NCBI RefSeq assembly: GCF_021028975.2 | Contig: NC_059426.1 | Coordinates: 150,102,001 to 150,166,000, forward strand | Direction of reading: 5' to 3' | DNA length: 64,000 nucleotides | From: Sphaerodactylus townsendi | Taxonomy: Eukaryota | Part shown: in pieces, positions 36,583-48,649 of the stretch | Position numbering within the stretch: position 1 is the stretch's first letter | Layout of the letters: each line of letters begins with the position of its first letter | Program-made: the position numbers and the translations under genes | Notes under the pieces: generated by a model | Seen by the model: only the letters and a program-made list of their open reading frames with translations | Told to the model about the DNA's origin: nothing | Database searches by the model: none

Positions 36583-38069
36583 ACCCAGCAGTAATTTCTG
36601 TTGATGAGAGGAATTTCTGTTAGCAAAATGAGACTTTCTTGCTTCCCCTGACCTGGTGAGGCCTGAAATGCTCCCTCAAATGCTTCTCTTGTGCTACCTG
36701 AGATCCATATAAAGTAGGATTTAGAGGAAATTCCTCTGCAATCAGCCTTGGGTGAGGGATCTTGGGCAGGCAACTAAAGAGAAACTGGATGCCTTCTCTG
36801 AAGCTATCCACCCAGGATACTACATCCAAGACTGACTGCAGAGGTGTTTCCTTCGTGTCCTATCTTCATGCCTGCCAGGGAGGCAGAAAGGAAGACCCTT
36901 AGGGTACCTGGCTGTGACTATTCCGATCCTTAAATTCAGTTGAATCCCAGGTTTTCAGTTTTACCTGTAAACATGATGGGCAGATATTTTTATGGACTTC
37001 TCAGTGCCGGGTTTAGAGAAATTGTGTGATGTTTCTCTCTGTTTCTACGCAGACAATGATCTTCGCATTGCCTAAATGGAAGAAAAAGAAGATGATGTAT
37101 GAAGGAATGAAATTAGAATGTGTGCAATCAAATGATAGGTAAGTACTTTGATGTTCCATTGGATTCAAAAGGAGAGTTCAGTGTGTTTAAACTCCTTTCT
37201 TTGCAGTCAATGGAACTGCCATTATTTTGCCCTATATGCTTTCCTGTTCCAAACTGATTTGGAAGGAATCACTGAAAAAAGTATAGAAACTCAATAAAGA
37301 AAAAAAAAGTATTTTTATGTGTACCTAAATCAGTCACAGCTCTCAGTGTCGCTATAAATGCTGATAGAACAGACTCATCTTGTATCTTTCACAAGAAGCA
37401 AAATGGCTTGTAACCTTTGATGAACATCATGGAAAATACTACAAGGTTGTACAATTGTTTTTTGATGTTGAAAGCTCTTGACAAGCTATGTTTGTGAAAG
37501 AGAAAGGATATGGAAGACCAGTGATAGACAAATCCACCTGGGTCTGCTTCACAGTCAGACTTGGCCATTTAAATAAATCGAGAACTGTGCCAACATGCTT
37601 ATATATAAAGTGCACATTGCTTACATTATCTTGAGCAATGTGCACTGTGGGAAGGGTTGTAATCCCATCATGCTTCCCATGATTCATTTAGACTTTCTTG
37701 GAGTATCCAAAGCCCCCAGCCCAGTCTGTCTGGTATGCTAGTTCTGTTAGTTCTGAGACTGGTGTGGGAGCAATAGGCAGATATGTCATCCAGCAAGCCA
37801 TCTAAAAATCAAGTGCTGTGTGTTTTCAATTGGATTTTATAATCATAATTTTTTTTGCATTTTAATGTTTAAGTGGTTTAACTTTTTTATGTTCACCACC
37901 TCTTGGACCATGATTAGGTGAAAAGGCAGCATGAAAATAAAGTAAATAATAAAGTAAACGAAAAATGTCCCCTTCTCCTCAGTTCCTTCGTTCTCTTCTT
38001 TATCTTTCCTATTGAGTCAGAAACTGTGCACAACGCAGAAATGTTGGTTCCATGATGTCCAGTTGTGTT

Positions 38070-38108
38070 AAACCACACAGCACCCCAGTGAAAGTCTTCG
38101 ACAATACA
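38070..38108 (+). mobile_element. Penelope-like element 3' terminus (39 bp)
   Basis: aaaccacacagcaccccagtgaaagtcttcgacaataca matches the PLE tails at ~60803-60855 and 62285-62333, with a ~12-nt deletion between tga repeats. Confidence 0.7.
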
Positions 38109-38730
38109 GAGATCAAATAGTTTGTTCACAGGAACATAATAACCCTGCAAGTATTGGCAAACACAGCAATCAGATTCTTCGGCTCCAAAACAAGATCAGG
38201 ATTAGTGCAATAGAATGAATGAGTTCTAAGGACACCAATAATCTTGTAAAGCACCTTGTCCCAGAGTTCATCGATGAAAGCTCTGCTTATCAGCCCTTGA
38301 GTTACATGTAACATGTGATCTTGCACTGCAAAAAAACCTGCAATTTGACTGAAGTATCTTCTGTAGCCTTCTACTGTTTCCTGCATGTTTAACTGTGGCT
38401 GTAATACTAGTCTTGCCTGTTTCCTTTTCTGTTTTCGTAGTTGTTTTCAAATGTCTCTGCATCAGCCAGAACTGAATAAACATGGAAGAATATGTACATG
38501 GGAGAAAAATCTACCAGATCATGAGCTGTCAAAAACTCATCTTCATTTTGCTCCTCCTCCTCCTCCTCCTCCTCCTCCTCCTCCTCCTCCTCTTCTTCTT
38601 CTTCTTCTTCTTCTTCTTCTTCTTCTTCTTCTTCTTCTAGGTTTTGCTTTAAAACCATTTCATTTCTTGTTTCTGGAACACCACAATTATTTATATACAT
38701 ATTTCTCCCACCTTCAGTGCCATTTTCAGG
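38109..38730 (-). pseudogene. EXOC6: Processed (intronless) pseudogene fragment of exocyst complex component 6 (Sec15)
   Basis: Three overlapping minus ORFs give NMYIN..PETRNEMVLKQNLE(n)..LTAHDLVDFSPMY..YSVLADAETFENNY / ..MQETVEGYRRYFSQIAGFF..HVTQGLI..DELW..VLRTHSFYCTNPDLVLEPKNLI / QGYYVPVNKLFDL, colinear with recalled vertebrate EXOC6. ETV, GYRRYF, HVTQ and QGY favour EXOC6 over EXOC6B. There are two 1-nt frameshifts, and no introns across a region split over several exons in the parent gene. The 5' boundary is approximate. Confidence 0.92.
38551..38637 (-). repeat. (GAA)n(GAG)n trinucleotide expansion encoding ~29 Glu within the EXOC6 pseudogene
   Basis: (ctc)n(ttc)n on the plus strand, in frame with the pseudogene. 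Confidence 0.97.
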
Positions 38731-39521
38731 ATTTCTGCCCATCACTCAAGAGATTCTTCCTGCAAAATGTCAGGCACAAAGAAGGAAGCATCCACTTTTT
38801 AGAGCCAATTGAAATTCTACCTGTTTGTGTATCAAAAAGTGGGGGGTGGGGGTGGGAGGAACTATGTTAAATAAAAATAAAGTCAGAGGAAGAAGTAAAC
38901 AGTCCTACTTTTCAACCATTTCTAGAGAAAATGTCTCAGTTGGGAAGCTGGAAATGCCTCTCCTTCTCCTCTCAGTGCTACAGACTAGAGTCCAATAGAT
39001 CTACAAAGCACTTTTCAGGTGACTTTCTTGGTCATGGCACTAACTGCTTGGTTATTGAAATCTCTCTCCAGAGAGATTTGTCTATCTCCTTCTGTTGCTG
39101 TCTTCTGCCAGCAAGTGAAAACCTTTATTTTATATTATTTTATTTCATTTTATTGGTCTTGTTTGGCATTCCCTCAATGATCCCTCCTTCCCAACCAATA
39201 TTTCGATTGGAGTTCTATGGCTCATATGTATTTTAACTTTGTTTTTAATTGTTTCTATGATGCATATTTTGGGAGCAGGTTGATTTTAATTGTATTTTAA
39301 TATGTGATTTTATCACATTTTAAATTGTTGGCTGCTCTGTTTGCCATTGCAAGGACATAATGTTGAGATACAAATTTTCTAAATACATAAATACATAAAG
39401 CCACTTTATGCAACTCATTTCATGTCATAGTGAGTTAGGTTGGACATCCATATTCTGATTCGTGTACTTGTAACATCTAGTTTGGTTCCCAAAGGGAGCT
39501 GCTACCACAGTGGGTATCTTA

Positions 39522-39792
39522 CAGTGTGGTGTAGTAAACTTACAGTGTGGTATAGTGGACTCTTATCTGATGAACTGGATTTGATTCCCTGCTCCTACAC
39601 ATGAAACCTCCTGGATTACCTTGGGCTAGTCACAGTTTTCTCAGAACTCACTCAGCCCCACCTACCTCACAAGATGCCTATTGTGAGGAGAGGAAGAGAA
39701 GGGGTTTGTAACCCACTTGAGATTCCTTATAGTAGAAAAAGGTGGGATGTAAATCCAAACTCTTTCTTCTTCTCTTTTCCCCCCTCTTCTTC
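39522..39792 (+). mobile_element. Squam3-like SINE
   Basis: Family motifs present; the head carries a short tandem duplication (cttacagtgtggt x2). Confidence 0.8.
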
Positions 39793-41104
39793 ATCACTGC
39801 AGGTCAAACCCAATCTTATTTTACTTCTCTTATTTTCTGCTCCTTCTTTTGACCTCTGAAGGTCCTTCGGAATTACGTTCTTCTGAATTAAGTTATATTC
39901 AATATACTTCCCAGTGCAATTTTATCTGTAAATCCCATTAACATTAATGAACACAAGTCCAGCATCATTTCTTTTCGCCATTGTTTTGTTTTGTGTTTTA
40001 ATTGCATTTTAATTTTTTATAGCATCAACCAACATTTATAGTTGTATATCTACTGACTGAGAACAAAGGACTGTAGAGCTGGGGTTTTTTTTATGAATGG
40101 GAACTTGTCCCATAATTCAGATAAAGTAGTGAATGTTTGTCTCCCGGAGACCTTGATTCATGTTTCAGCATGAATAGATTCTTAACTGTGTCAGCTGGCT
40201 TCAATTACACATTCTTATGTTAGTCAGCATAATTTATACTAATGCAAAGGTCAAATTCAGATAGTGGAATTTATCTGAATTAACACAAGGGAAACTGACA
40301 TCAGCATCTAAGAGGAAATATATCTTAAAAGAGCATATCCTCCAGCTTTCTCATTGTAAGAGTTTCTAAATTGGGAAGATGAGCAGGGACAAGACAGCAG
40401 ATCTCCCATATGTAAGGGCAGTTTCCATCCCATCTGGTACCACTACACTGCTTCTGTTCTAATTACAGTAAATCTGTTCGAAAAATTAAAAAACCCTTTG
40501 CATTTGAAATGATCAATTAGTCAATAGTAATGAAGCACTTTATGGCTCAGTGGTACAGCATTGGCTTTGGGAGCAGGAGGTCCTCAATTCAGCCCTCAGG
40601 CTCTCTAGTGAAAAGGGGATCAGGCATCAGGTGGTGTGAAAGACTTCTGCCTGAGTTTGCTGTTCTTGCTGAGGAAAACTCTCATTTCTTTGCCTCCAGG
40701 TGGCTTTTACATGCTGCAGTAGGAGAGACTGTTTCTATCCAGCATCTTGAATGGTCTCGACTTCTAAATGATAAGGGGAACAAGACCGCAAATTGAGGGG
40801 AAAAAAAGAACAGTTGTGAAATAATACTGATAATGCAGACAAATACAAATAGCAAATTGTAAGGAGCAGTGTCAAAACGGTGGTGGGAAAATTTGGGGTG
40901 GACCACTGGCTACAGTGAGAGAAAGGAGAGATTAAGAAAAAGGGAGACATTTGGTTATAGCTACCAATCTTGGACAATGTATGCTGTTTCCTTAAGGGCA
41001 GAAATAGGTTAGATGGAAAAACCTGACCTTGGATATATGATTAAACCCTAGATCTCATATACTTAATTTCTTGTCGGGGGGGGGGGGGGTAATCAAAGTA
41101 CATT

Positions 41105-41330
41105 GAGGTCTAGTGGTTAAGCACAGTGCAGTCTAATCCAGAGAAGTGGGTTTGTTTACCCACTCCTAGACATGAAGCCTGCTGGGGGACCTTGGGCCAG
41201 TTACAATTCTCTCAAAACATCCTCAGTTTCACCTACCTCTCAAGGTGTTTGTTGTGGGGAGGAAAAGGGATGATTGTAAGCCACTTAAGGTACAGAAAAG
41301 CAGGGTATAGAAACTACATTTTTTTTCTTT
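41105..41330 (+). mobile_element. Squam3-like SINE (older)
   Basis: Family motifs present but more diverged. Confidence 0.7.
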
Positions 41331-42917
41331 TATAGGTTCTTTTTTTAAAAAATCCCTATGCAGATGCCACCTGCCCCTCTTCCTAAATTCCACTACTCAA
41401 TCCTTGAATCAAAAGAATAACATTTATGAGCTGGAGAAGGATACAAGCATCTCTTGTCTCAGACTGGCCCAGCCTTGGCACCCTTGCTCTCAGGAGTCAG
41501 CATTTTTCTGAAGGTCTGGAAACATGATTGAAAACATGTGCAGAATACTCCTTTATGTTACTCCTAATGATACAATCCTATGTGCATTTAACCCACAGTG
41601 TATTCTACTATATTCAGTTGCATTCACCCTCAAGCAAGTATAAATAGAACTGAAGCCTACAGAAAGTTTGGGTCTCTTTGGGTATGAAAGTTTATACCAG
41701 GAGGGGAGAAACCTAAGCCTTTTTTCCCTTAAGTATATATTATGTTTAACAACTGAGCTACTGACAAAGTTGTCTTCTGTAAACCTTTTTTTTAAAAAAT
41801 GTGCTCTCCTCACACTAAGACAGAGGCTTCGTTTTTATTATTCTGAGCAGCAAGATTCCATTATGGGAAATCTTCCTCTCCAAGCTTTCCCTTCTTACTG
41901 ATAGAAAATGGACACCACTGGGAAGAGACAATGTTATATTGTCTGGGAGAAATGGGCATGTTGCAACCCCCACCACACCCAACATCTACCCAACCTAGGC
42001 TGACTCTATTATTCAATCCTGACTCTGAATAGGGGAGAATATTGAGGTTTTAAATAGACAATATACTAGTTCATTGGAACTCCAGTAAGTGTAACATTAC
42101 TCCAGAGTCCTTGATGGTTTGTTTAGACTCCCTGAGAAAGAAGATTGTTAGGCCTGGACAATGGATACTTATGGCCCTAAAATAAGCTAAGCTGAGAGGC
42201 CCTTGGAGCTTCTTCAAGCCATTGTTGTAGGGGTCACTCACGCATACTTCAGCAATGGTATTGGCACATCCATGGCTCCATCATGTAAACAGATAGCAGT
42301 ACAAGAGGCAATGGGTGAGCTGAAGGCAATGACTAGTACTGAGGACTGAGTCAATTGGCCACTGATGGGCTGACAGCGTTTCTGGATCTTGCCTGGTCTC
42401 TTCTTCAGGGGGAAAAAAACCTGAGGAAATATAGGCACTGAGTTTTGGTTTTCTCTCTGTCCTCTGCAGTGGCATAGGTAGGGGGGCTGGGAGAAATCAG
42501 TCCCAGGCACCACTCCCAGTGGTCAAGTTGGGGAAGGGGCATAGGTGAATATTTGTTGTTATGATCATTGTTGCTTTATATACTTTATGATGCCATGTTA
42601 TGATTATTGTTGCTTCTGTTATATGATATTATGATGCTATGTGCCACTATGATGTTATAATGTCGATGCTTTTGTTGTTATAATCCTATGTTTAAAATGT
42701 TATATTCATTGTAGTGTAGAATGTCTTGTTATAATGCTATGTTTATTCTGTGTTCATTGATATAATAGTTTTCTTCTTGCTGTTATTTAATCTTGTGTTA
42801 TTGATACTGTCATTTTGCAGCTGCTGTTCACCACCCTGAGTCCTTCGGGGAGGGTGGTATATAAATCTAATAAACCAAACCAAATATGACCAGTAGGATT
42901 GGCCCCACGCGAGCACC

Positions 42918-43620
42918 ATGTGGCATTTGGGAGCAGGGAGGGTTATTTAATGCTGCCTTCAGGTTTCCTTGGTCTAGCTCAGGGGTAGGGAACCTGCGGC
43001 TCTCCAGATGTTCAGGAACTACAATTCCCATCAGCCCCTACCAGCATGGCCAATTCCCATCATGGCCCCATCATGGCCCCAGCATGGCCCCAGCATTCCC
43101 AGCATGGCCCCTACCAGCATGGCCAATTCCCATCAGCCCCTACCAGCGGCTCTCCAGATGTTCAGGAACTACAATTCCCATCAGCCCCTACCAGCATGGC
43201 CAATTGGCCATGCTGACAGAGGCTGATGGGAATTGTAGTTCCTGAACATCTGGAGAGCCGCAGGTTCCCTACCCCTGGTCTAGCTTTAAACTGTGGGCTT
43301 CAAACCTGCAGTTTAAAGATCAACCCTAGCCTCCCTGAGGCCAGGGTGAAACTGAACCTCCGAGCTCACCATCTCCAGTTTTAAACAGTTGGCTTTGCCC
43401 CTAATCTCCACCACCAGTCAGGTGACACTTTGGGGTGAACCCAGCTGGAGTCCACGAGCTCAGAGGCTCAATTCAATCCTGGCCTCAGGGAGGCTAGGGC
43501 TGACCTTTAAACTGCAGGCTTGAAGTTGGGATAAATGTTTGCTACACCTCCAATTTAAAGCTGGATCTGGGTCACCTGAAGACAACATGGAATGGCCCTT
43601 CCCGCTCCCAAACTTCACAT
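42918..43620. mobile_element. Older foldback element hosting a hAT MITE
   Basis: 42918-42979 plus 43286-43368 is the degenerate reverse complement of 43456-43620 (e.g. ctgcagtttaaagatcaaccctagcctccctgaggccagg / cctggcctcagggaggctagggctgacctttaaactgcag). Confidence 0.75.
42980..43277. mobile_element. Palindromic hAT MITE with internal tandem amplification
   Basis: TIRs caggggtagggaacctgcggctctccagatg; perfect TSD gtctagct (42972-42979, 43278-43285). Confidence 0.93.
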
Positions 43621-44760
43621 AAAGTTTGGAAGCAGGGTGAGTTCACATGGAACTTGAGGGTAGGGCCAGCCCTACTGTACCCTTGTCCCAAACTCCAGAA
43701 GTTCAGGGAGGAGCAGCTGAGGGGGAATAGTGCCCAGGATGAGCCCAAGGTACTGGTTTGCTCAGCTTCACCCCTGGTCCTCTGTCAAAGTTTTTACATT
43801 TTCACCCAACACTTGGCTTATCGCTTCTTTTACCTTGGGTTTACTCCTCACATATCTTACGTAAAATAGTTTTATATAAATTTCAAATTGGGATGCTGCT
43901 ACCATTTCAACTCAATAATCACCTGTTTTGATTTTAAGGAGGCCCAGGTGAGTAAGAAATTTTCTGAGCTGGCTCTTCTTATGCTAACTGGTAATTGATT
44001 TGTAAGCTTCTAAATACTTCAACCATCTCATGTGTTGTTAAACAGAGATTTAAATGCAGGTGCAGATTTGCTCTTCCAGTTCTGTGCAATTAGTAATTTG
44101 GCAGCTAACAAATACCACAGAATTAGTTCCCTCTATGGAAAGTATGGAATGTCGCTTGGAAAATTATGTTGAAATACTAATAATGAGCTTCTTGGTAATG
44201 TCTAGATCATTTATTTTTGTATATAATTTTACAGGCTGCTACATTTGCCCTTTTGTATAACAGCCCACACACACAAAAAGCCTTTTGTGCAGTACCCAAA
44301 GGAGAAATCTAGAAGAAGAAGAAACAAGTAAATCCAAAAAGAAAAGAAAAGAAAAAGATCCAGAGAAAAACAGTGGGCTTTAGAAACATGAAAGCTTGTG
44401 TTCTGCAGTTGTTCAAACCAGAAGCCAAGAAGTTCAGAGTTCTAATCTCAGCTTCATTTTTTCTACTGTTAAACAAAGCAGAATTGATCCTTATTTTTTC
44501 AAACTTCTATTACATTTCTTCAAAATAAGGTTTCAGTTAACCAATATAGTTGCTGTTCTGCTCATTGTAATGGGATGATCTTTAAGTAAACATATTCATT
44601 TCTTTCCCTAAAGGTCATATAAAAATATAAAACTTTAACTCCATTTTTATAACTTTCCCTTGTTAAAACACAGTTGATTTTATCATTTTAATATATTAAT
44701 ATTTATCTATCTATTTTTTTCTCCTCAATTCTTCCATTGAAACCCAGGAATAACAACACT

Positions 44761-45276
44761 TGGTTGGATTCTGCCAGAAACTTCCACCCACTTGGGGGAG
44801 GTTGATTTTTGCTCGTTTCCACATGTTGCATCAGACTTTCTTTCACCCATGCTATTCCTTATGGAGCAGCAGTGGCATAGTGGTTAAGAGCAGGTGTACT
44901 CTAATCTGGAGGAATCAGGTTTGATTCCCTGCTCTGCCGCTTGAGCTGTGGAGGCTTATCCGGGGAATTCAGATTAGCCTGCGCACTCCCACACACGCCA
45001 GCTGGGTGACCTTGGGCTAGTCACAGCTCTTCTAAGCTCTCTCAGCCCCATGCACCTCACAGGGTGTTTGCTGTGAGGGGGGGAAGGGAAAGGAGTTTGT
45101 AAGCCCCTTTGAGTCTCCTTACAGGAGAGATGAAATCCAACTCTTCATTTTCTTCATCCAACTGATAGGAGCAGCATTGTGTGGCATTTTAGGCTGCAGT
45201 GGGAGGGGGAGGGACGTCATACTTTTGTGGATGAGAATCCTTCTTTCTGTGGAAATTTTGAGCAGGATCCAAACCA
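44761..45276. mobile_element. Old MITE with ttggatcc-type TIRs, interrupted by a young SINE
   Basis: ttggattctgccagaaacttccac / gtggaaattttgagcaggatccaa; related relics near 6620-6790, 45480-45690 and 53435-53640. Confidence 0.55.
44866..45157 (+). mobile_element. Young Squam3-like tRNA-derived SINE
   Basis: A-box tggcatagtgg, B-box ggtttgattccc, duplicated tRNA-like unit, body and CTT-rich tail. Confidence 0.9.
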
Positions 45277-48200
45277 CAGATTTACTTGAAAGGATAGTTG
45301 TAAGGGTGGTTGAATAATGGATTAGAACCAATTACTCCGCACAACTAAGTCTGATCCCACCACTCCCTTCTGCAGCATCTACCTTTAATAGAGAATGGCC
45401 TCCTGCAATGTCTGACTTCTTTCATTCAGATAAAAGAGAAAGTTTCTGCTACAGAAAGACATGGCACAAAATAAAACACTGGATTGGATGCTAGCAAACA
45501 GCAGAACAAATTGCTACTGGGTGTAGATCTTCTACACATTCCCCTTCCCCTAATAGCCTTTTTAATCCTCTGGAAAGGGGATGCTCCTAATGTGGTTCAG
45601 GGAATTGCTGTAAAATGGAGAAGCAGGCAAAATCCTCTCTTTTTCCACTCAAAAAGCTTTTGAGATTCTGCAGGCAGAACAGTGGAAATGAGACAATTTC
45701 ACCTCATTCCTTTTTCTCAGGGCATGGTCCTGACCCAAGTGACTTTGTGTGCTCGTGGGTCCCACGACCTCCAGGTCTCGTGACATGGGTCACATGATCT
45801 CCAGGTCTCAGGACCTCCTGTTTGGAAACCATAAGCGGGATCTGGCTGTGGCTTCATAAAAATTCAGATCACATAAGAATAATAAGAAAAAAATTTGATT
45901 AGAGGTTGTTTTCCCCCCTTCATAGTTTTTCAATATCATATGTATTGTTTCATGCATTACCTGTTGTGTCTGCATGAAACAACAAAATCCCTGGAACTGG
46001 TTAGGACATGTTCCTAATTTGAAAACCATCAAATGAGAAATAGATCAAGGAATGTTAAATGTGATACTGTTTATGTATTACTTAGAAGCATCTTAATTTA
46101 TCACTGATCTTCAGATCTGTGAGTATGTAACAAAATGAGCATATCAGCCCTTATCCATGAATATTCACAGAGCTGTAACACATCTCCTGCTGAATTGAAT
46201 TAACAGGAATTTCATACAGCAAGTGAGCCTATCCATTCCAGCATATCTTTTTTAGAATATGGTCAAGAAGAAGTCATTGGACTAGTTCATAATGTGTTAT
46301 GCATTCTGAGGTAGACTGCTGACCCCTTTTTCTGAGGTAGATAAGCCAACTGGTCTTCTAACCACAGATACTGGTATGCTGCATCAGCCCAGCAGAGAAA
46401 AAATGTAACCAATGATATGATTATCCCTTGAACAGTCCAATCAGACGATTGGTTCTTCAAGGTGAGTAGTGTTTGCTGTGACTGGCAGCATCTCTCTGAG
46501 TTTTAATTATTTCTTAATCTTCCTAAGTTGTGACGCTGGGGATGGAACCTGGAACCACTAAGCCATGACCTATCCTTTCTCTATGACCTTTCCCAAATGA
46601 TCCATTTGCATAATTTCCAGCCCGCTAGTGAAACGTGTGTTCCATGGAGTTCCACATGTTTTTCCCCCATTCGTTTCTGAAAATGCTTCCAAGTACCTTT
46701 TGCCTTGTTTCTGAAACACTGTCACTGTATTTTTGTCTGAAGCGTTTCTGAGCTAGCTTCCTTCACAGTGCAAATATACTTGAAATCATTTTCCTTTCCT
46801 GCCAAAAGGGCAGGCCTTTTTCCATGCCCCCTGTGTGGTTCCCCACCTTCCTTTCGGCGCTTTCTCCATGCTGTTTTTGGTCCCCCACCTCATATCTTTC
46901 CCCCCTCTCCTCTCAATTTTATTAACTCAGTTTTCTTTTTTGCCATATTTTCAGATCATCAAATCTGTGACACTACAAAGCATCACTATAACACATGCGC
47001 AGAAAACAACAACAAAATTATTTTAGCTAGGAAACAACATTCTGAGGAGGAGAGTACAGGCAGACTTCAAGGTAAATGATGGGATCAAAAACACCTTCGA
47101 AATGGGGTGAGTGTGGTATGTGAAAAAGACCCAGAACTCTTCTGTAGGCATTACATTGAATGTCAGCCTTGCTGTGTTCTTAACAGTGCAGTCTTAAACA
47201 GTGATGCAAGCTTCCAAGACCACTGAGTTCATCAGACTTAGAAGAGCATAAGGATTGTATGATAAATTAGGTTTAATAGTAATGGGGCAAAGAAGAGTAT
47301 GCAGCTGGTCTATAAGAAAGTGTAATTAAGGAGTTATTCAAGGAGGGAAGCTTTGATGGGAGTTACCAACTAGCCACAGTGAGATGAAAAGTTTACAGAC
47401 TAAAATTTCAGCTAAATTGTCTCACCTAAGGGACAGAAACTGGAAAAGCTATAAATCTAGATCATACTTATTCTTTTTGGGTCAGGAAGATTGGGAGTGG
47501 CTACAGAAGAACATGGGATCCCAATAGAGAGATTTGAAATTAACTGGACTCCAATGAGGAGTCTCTTTTATCATATTCTTCACCTTGCTCAAGTCATGAC
47601 AACTAAGCCTTTACAACAGAAGTCCATCATGATCATGTATCAAAAGACAATCCAGAGGAGTCTTAAACTCTGAACATTAAGGTAAACGAGGATTTAAATG
47701 CTACCATTTCAAGTGTTATGAGGCTGTCCCCTATTGTAGAGCTAGTGTTTAGAGGACTGTACATTTATCACTGGTTCTTTATATCCGTGCCTTATCTGGT
47801 TCCACTTTCCAAAGAGTGGTAAAGGGAGGGGCAGTGGTTGAGCTCACCATCTATTCAAAGCCCAAAAGTTTGATAGATCATCCCTCCACTAGCTAGTACA
47901 ATCAAAGTGGTAGACATGGCAACTAGCCGGAGCCTCTGAATAGCACCACTGTAAAGAATACAAGAAGTACTGGTGCTTGTAGAAGAAGATAGTCTTTCCG
48001 ATTAGTTGATGGCAGCATACAATATCCAATGAGAAGTTAATGCACTGGGAATAAGGGAAGAAGGTGCCTCACCAGGCAGAGATCTGGGACAGCTGTTGGC
48101 ATTTCCAAGCTCCTAAATAAACAAGAATGGGACTTGGGAGACTGTTTCCTAAGAGAAGTAAATAACATCAGCTAGTATTCACTATGGATCAACCTGATTT

Positions 48201-48417
48201 TAAAGGAGCACTGAGAGGAAATGGTTTAAATGCTAGCAATCTTCACAAAGAATGCAGCATACATGAGGATCAGAATGTCAAGTCTTAAGGACTCATCTAT
48301 GAGAGTAAGCTCCACTGAATGGCATGAGACTTACTTCTGAGTAGACTTGTTTAGGATTGCTCCCAACGTGTACCAAGAACTAACAAACTTGTAATACATT
48401 CTCTATATTGTAAAGCT

Positions 48418-48649
48418 GCAGCATGGTGCTGCGGTTAAAAGAGATTTGGAGAACCAGGTTCGACTCCCCACTTCCAGACATGAAGCTTGCTGGGTGACCA
48501 TGGACCAGTCACAGTTCTCTCAGAACTCTCTCAGCACACACAGAGGCAGGCAACGTCAAGCCACTTCCAAGTGTCTCTTGGCTGAAAAACCCTATGAGGT
48601 TGCCATGAGTAGGTGTGACTTGATAGTGCTCACACACACACACACACAC
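48418..48649 (+). mobile_element. SINE with Squam3-like head/body and RTE/Bov-B-like tail
   Basis: Matches the Squam3-like copies up to ctctctcagc, then switches to the same tail type as the 5S SINE at 4161-4340, ending in (CA)n. Confidence 0.7.

Noticed and set aside
38109-38730. Functional EXOC6 exon(s)
   Set aside because: Several parental exons are joined without introns, there are two frameshifts, and many conserved residues are substituted.
38385-38870. Plus-strand ORF with poly-Pro/poly-Leu (signal-peptide-like)
   Set aside because: Antisense reading of the EXOC6 pseudogene microsatellite.
43020-43230. CRISPR-like repeat-spacer array
   Set aside because: No unique spacers; it is internal duplication in a eukaryotic MITE.
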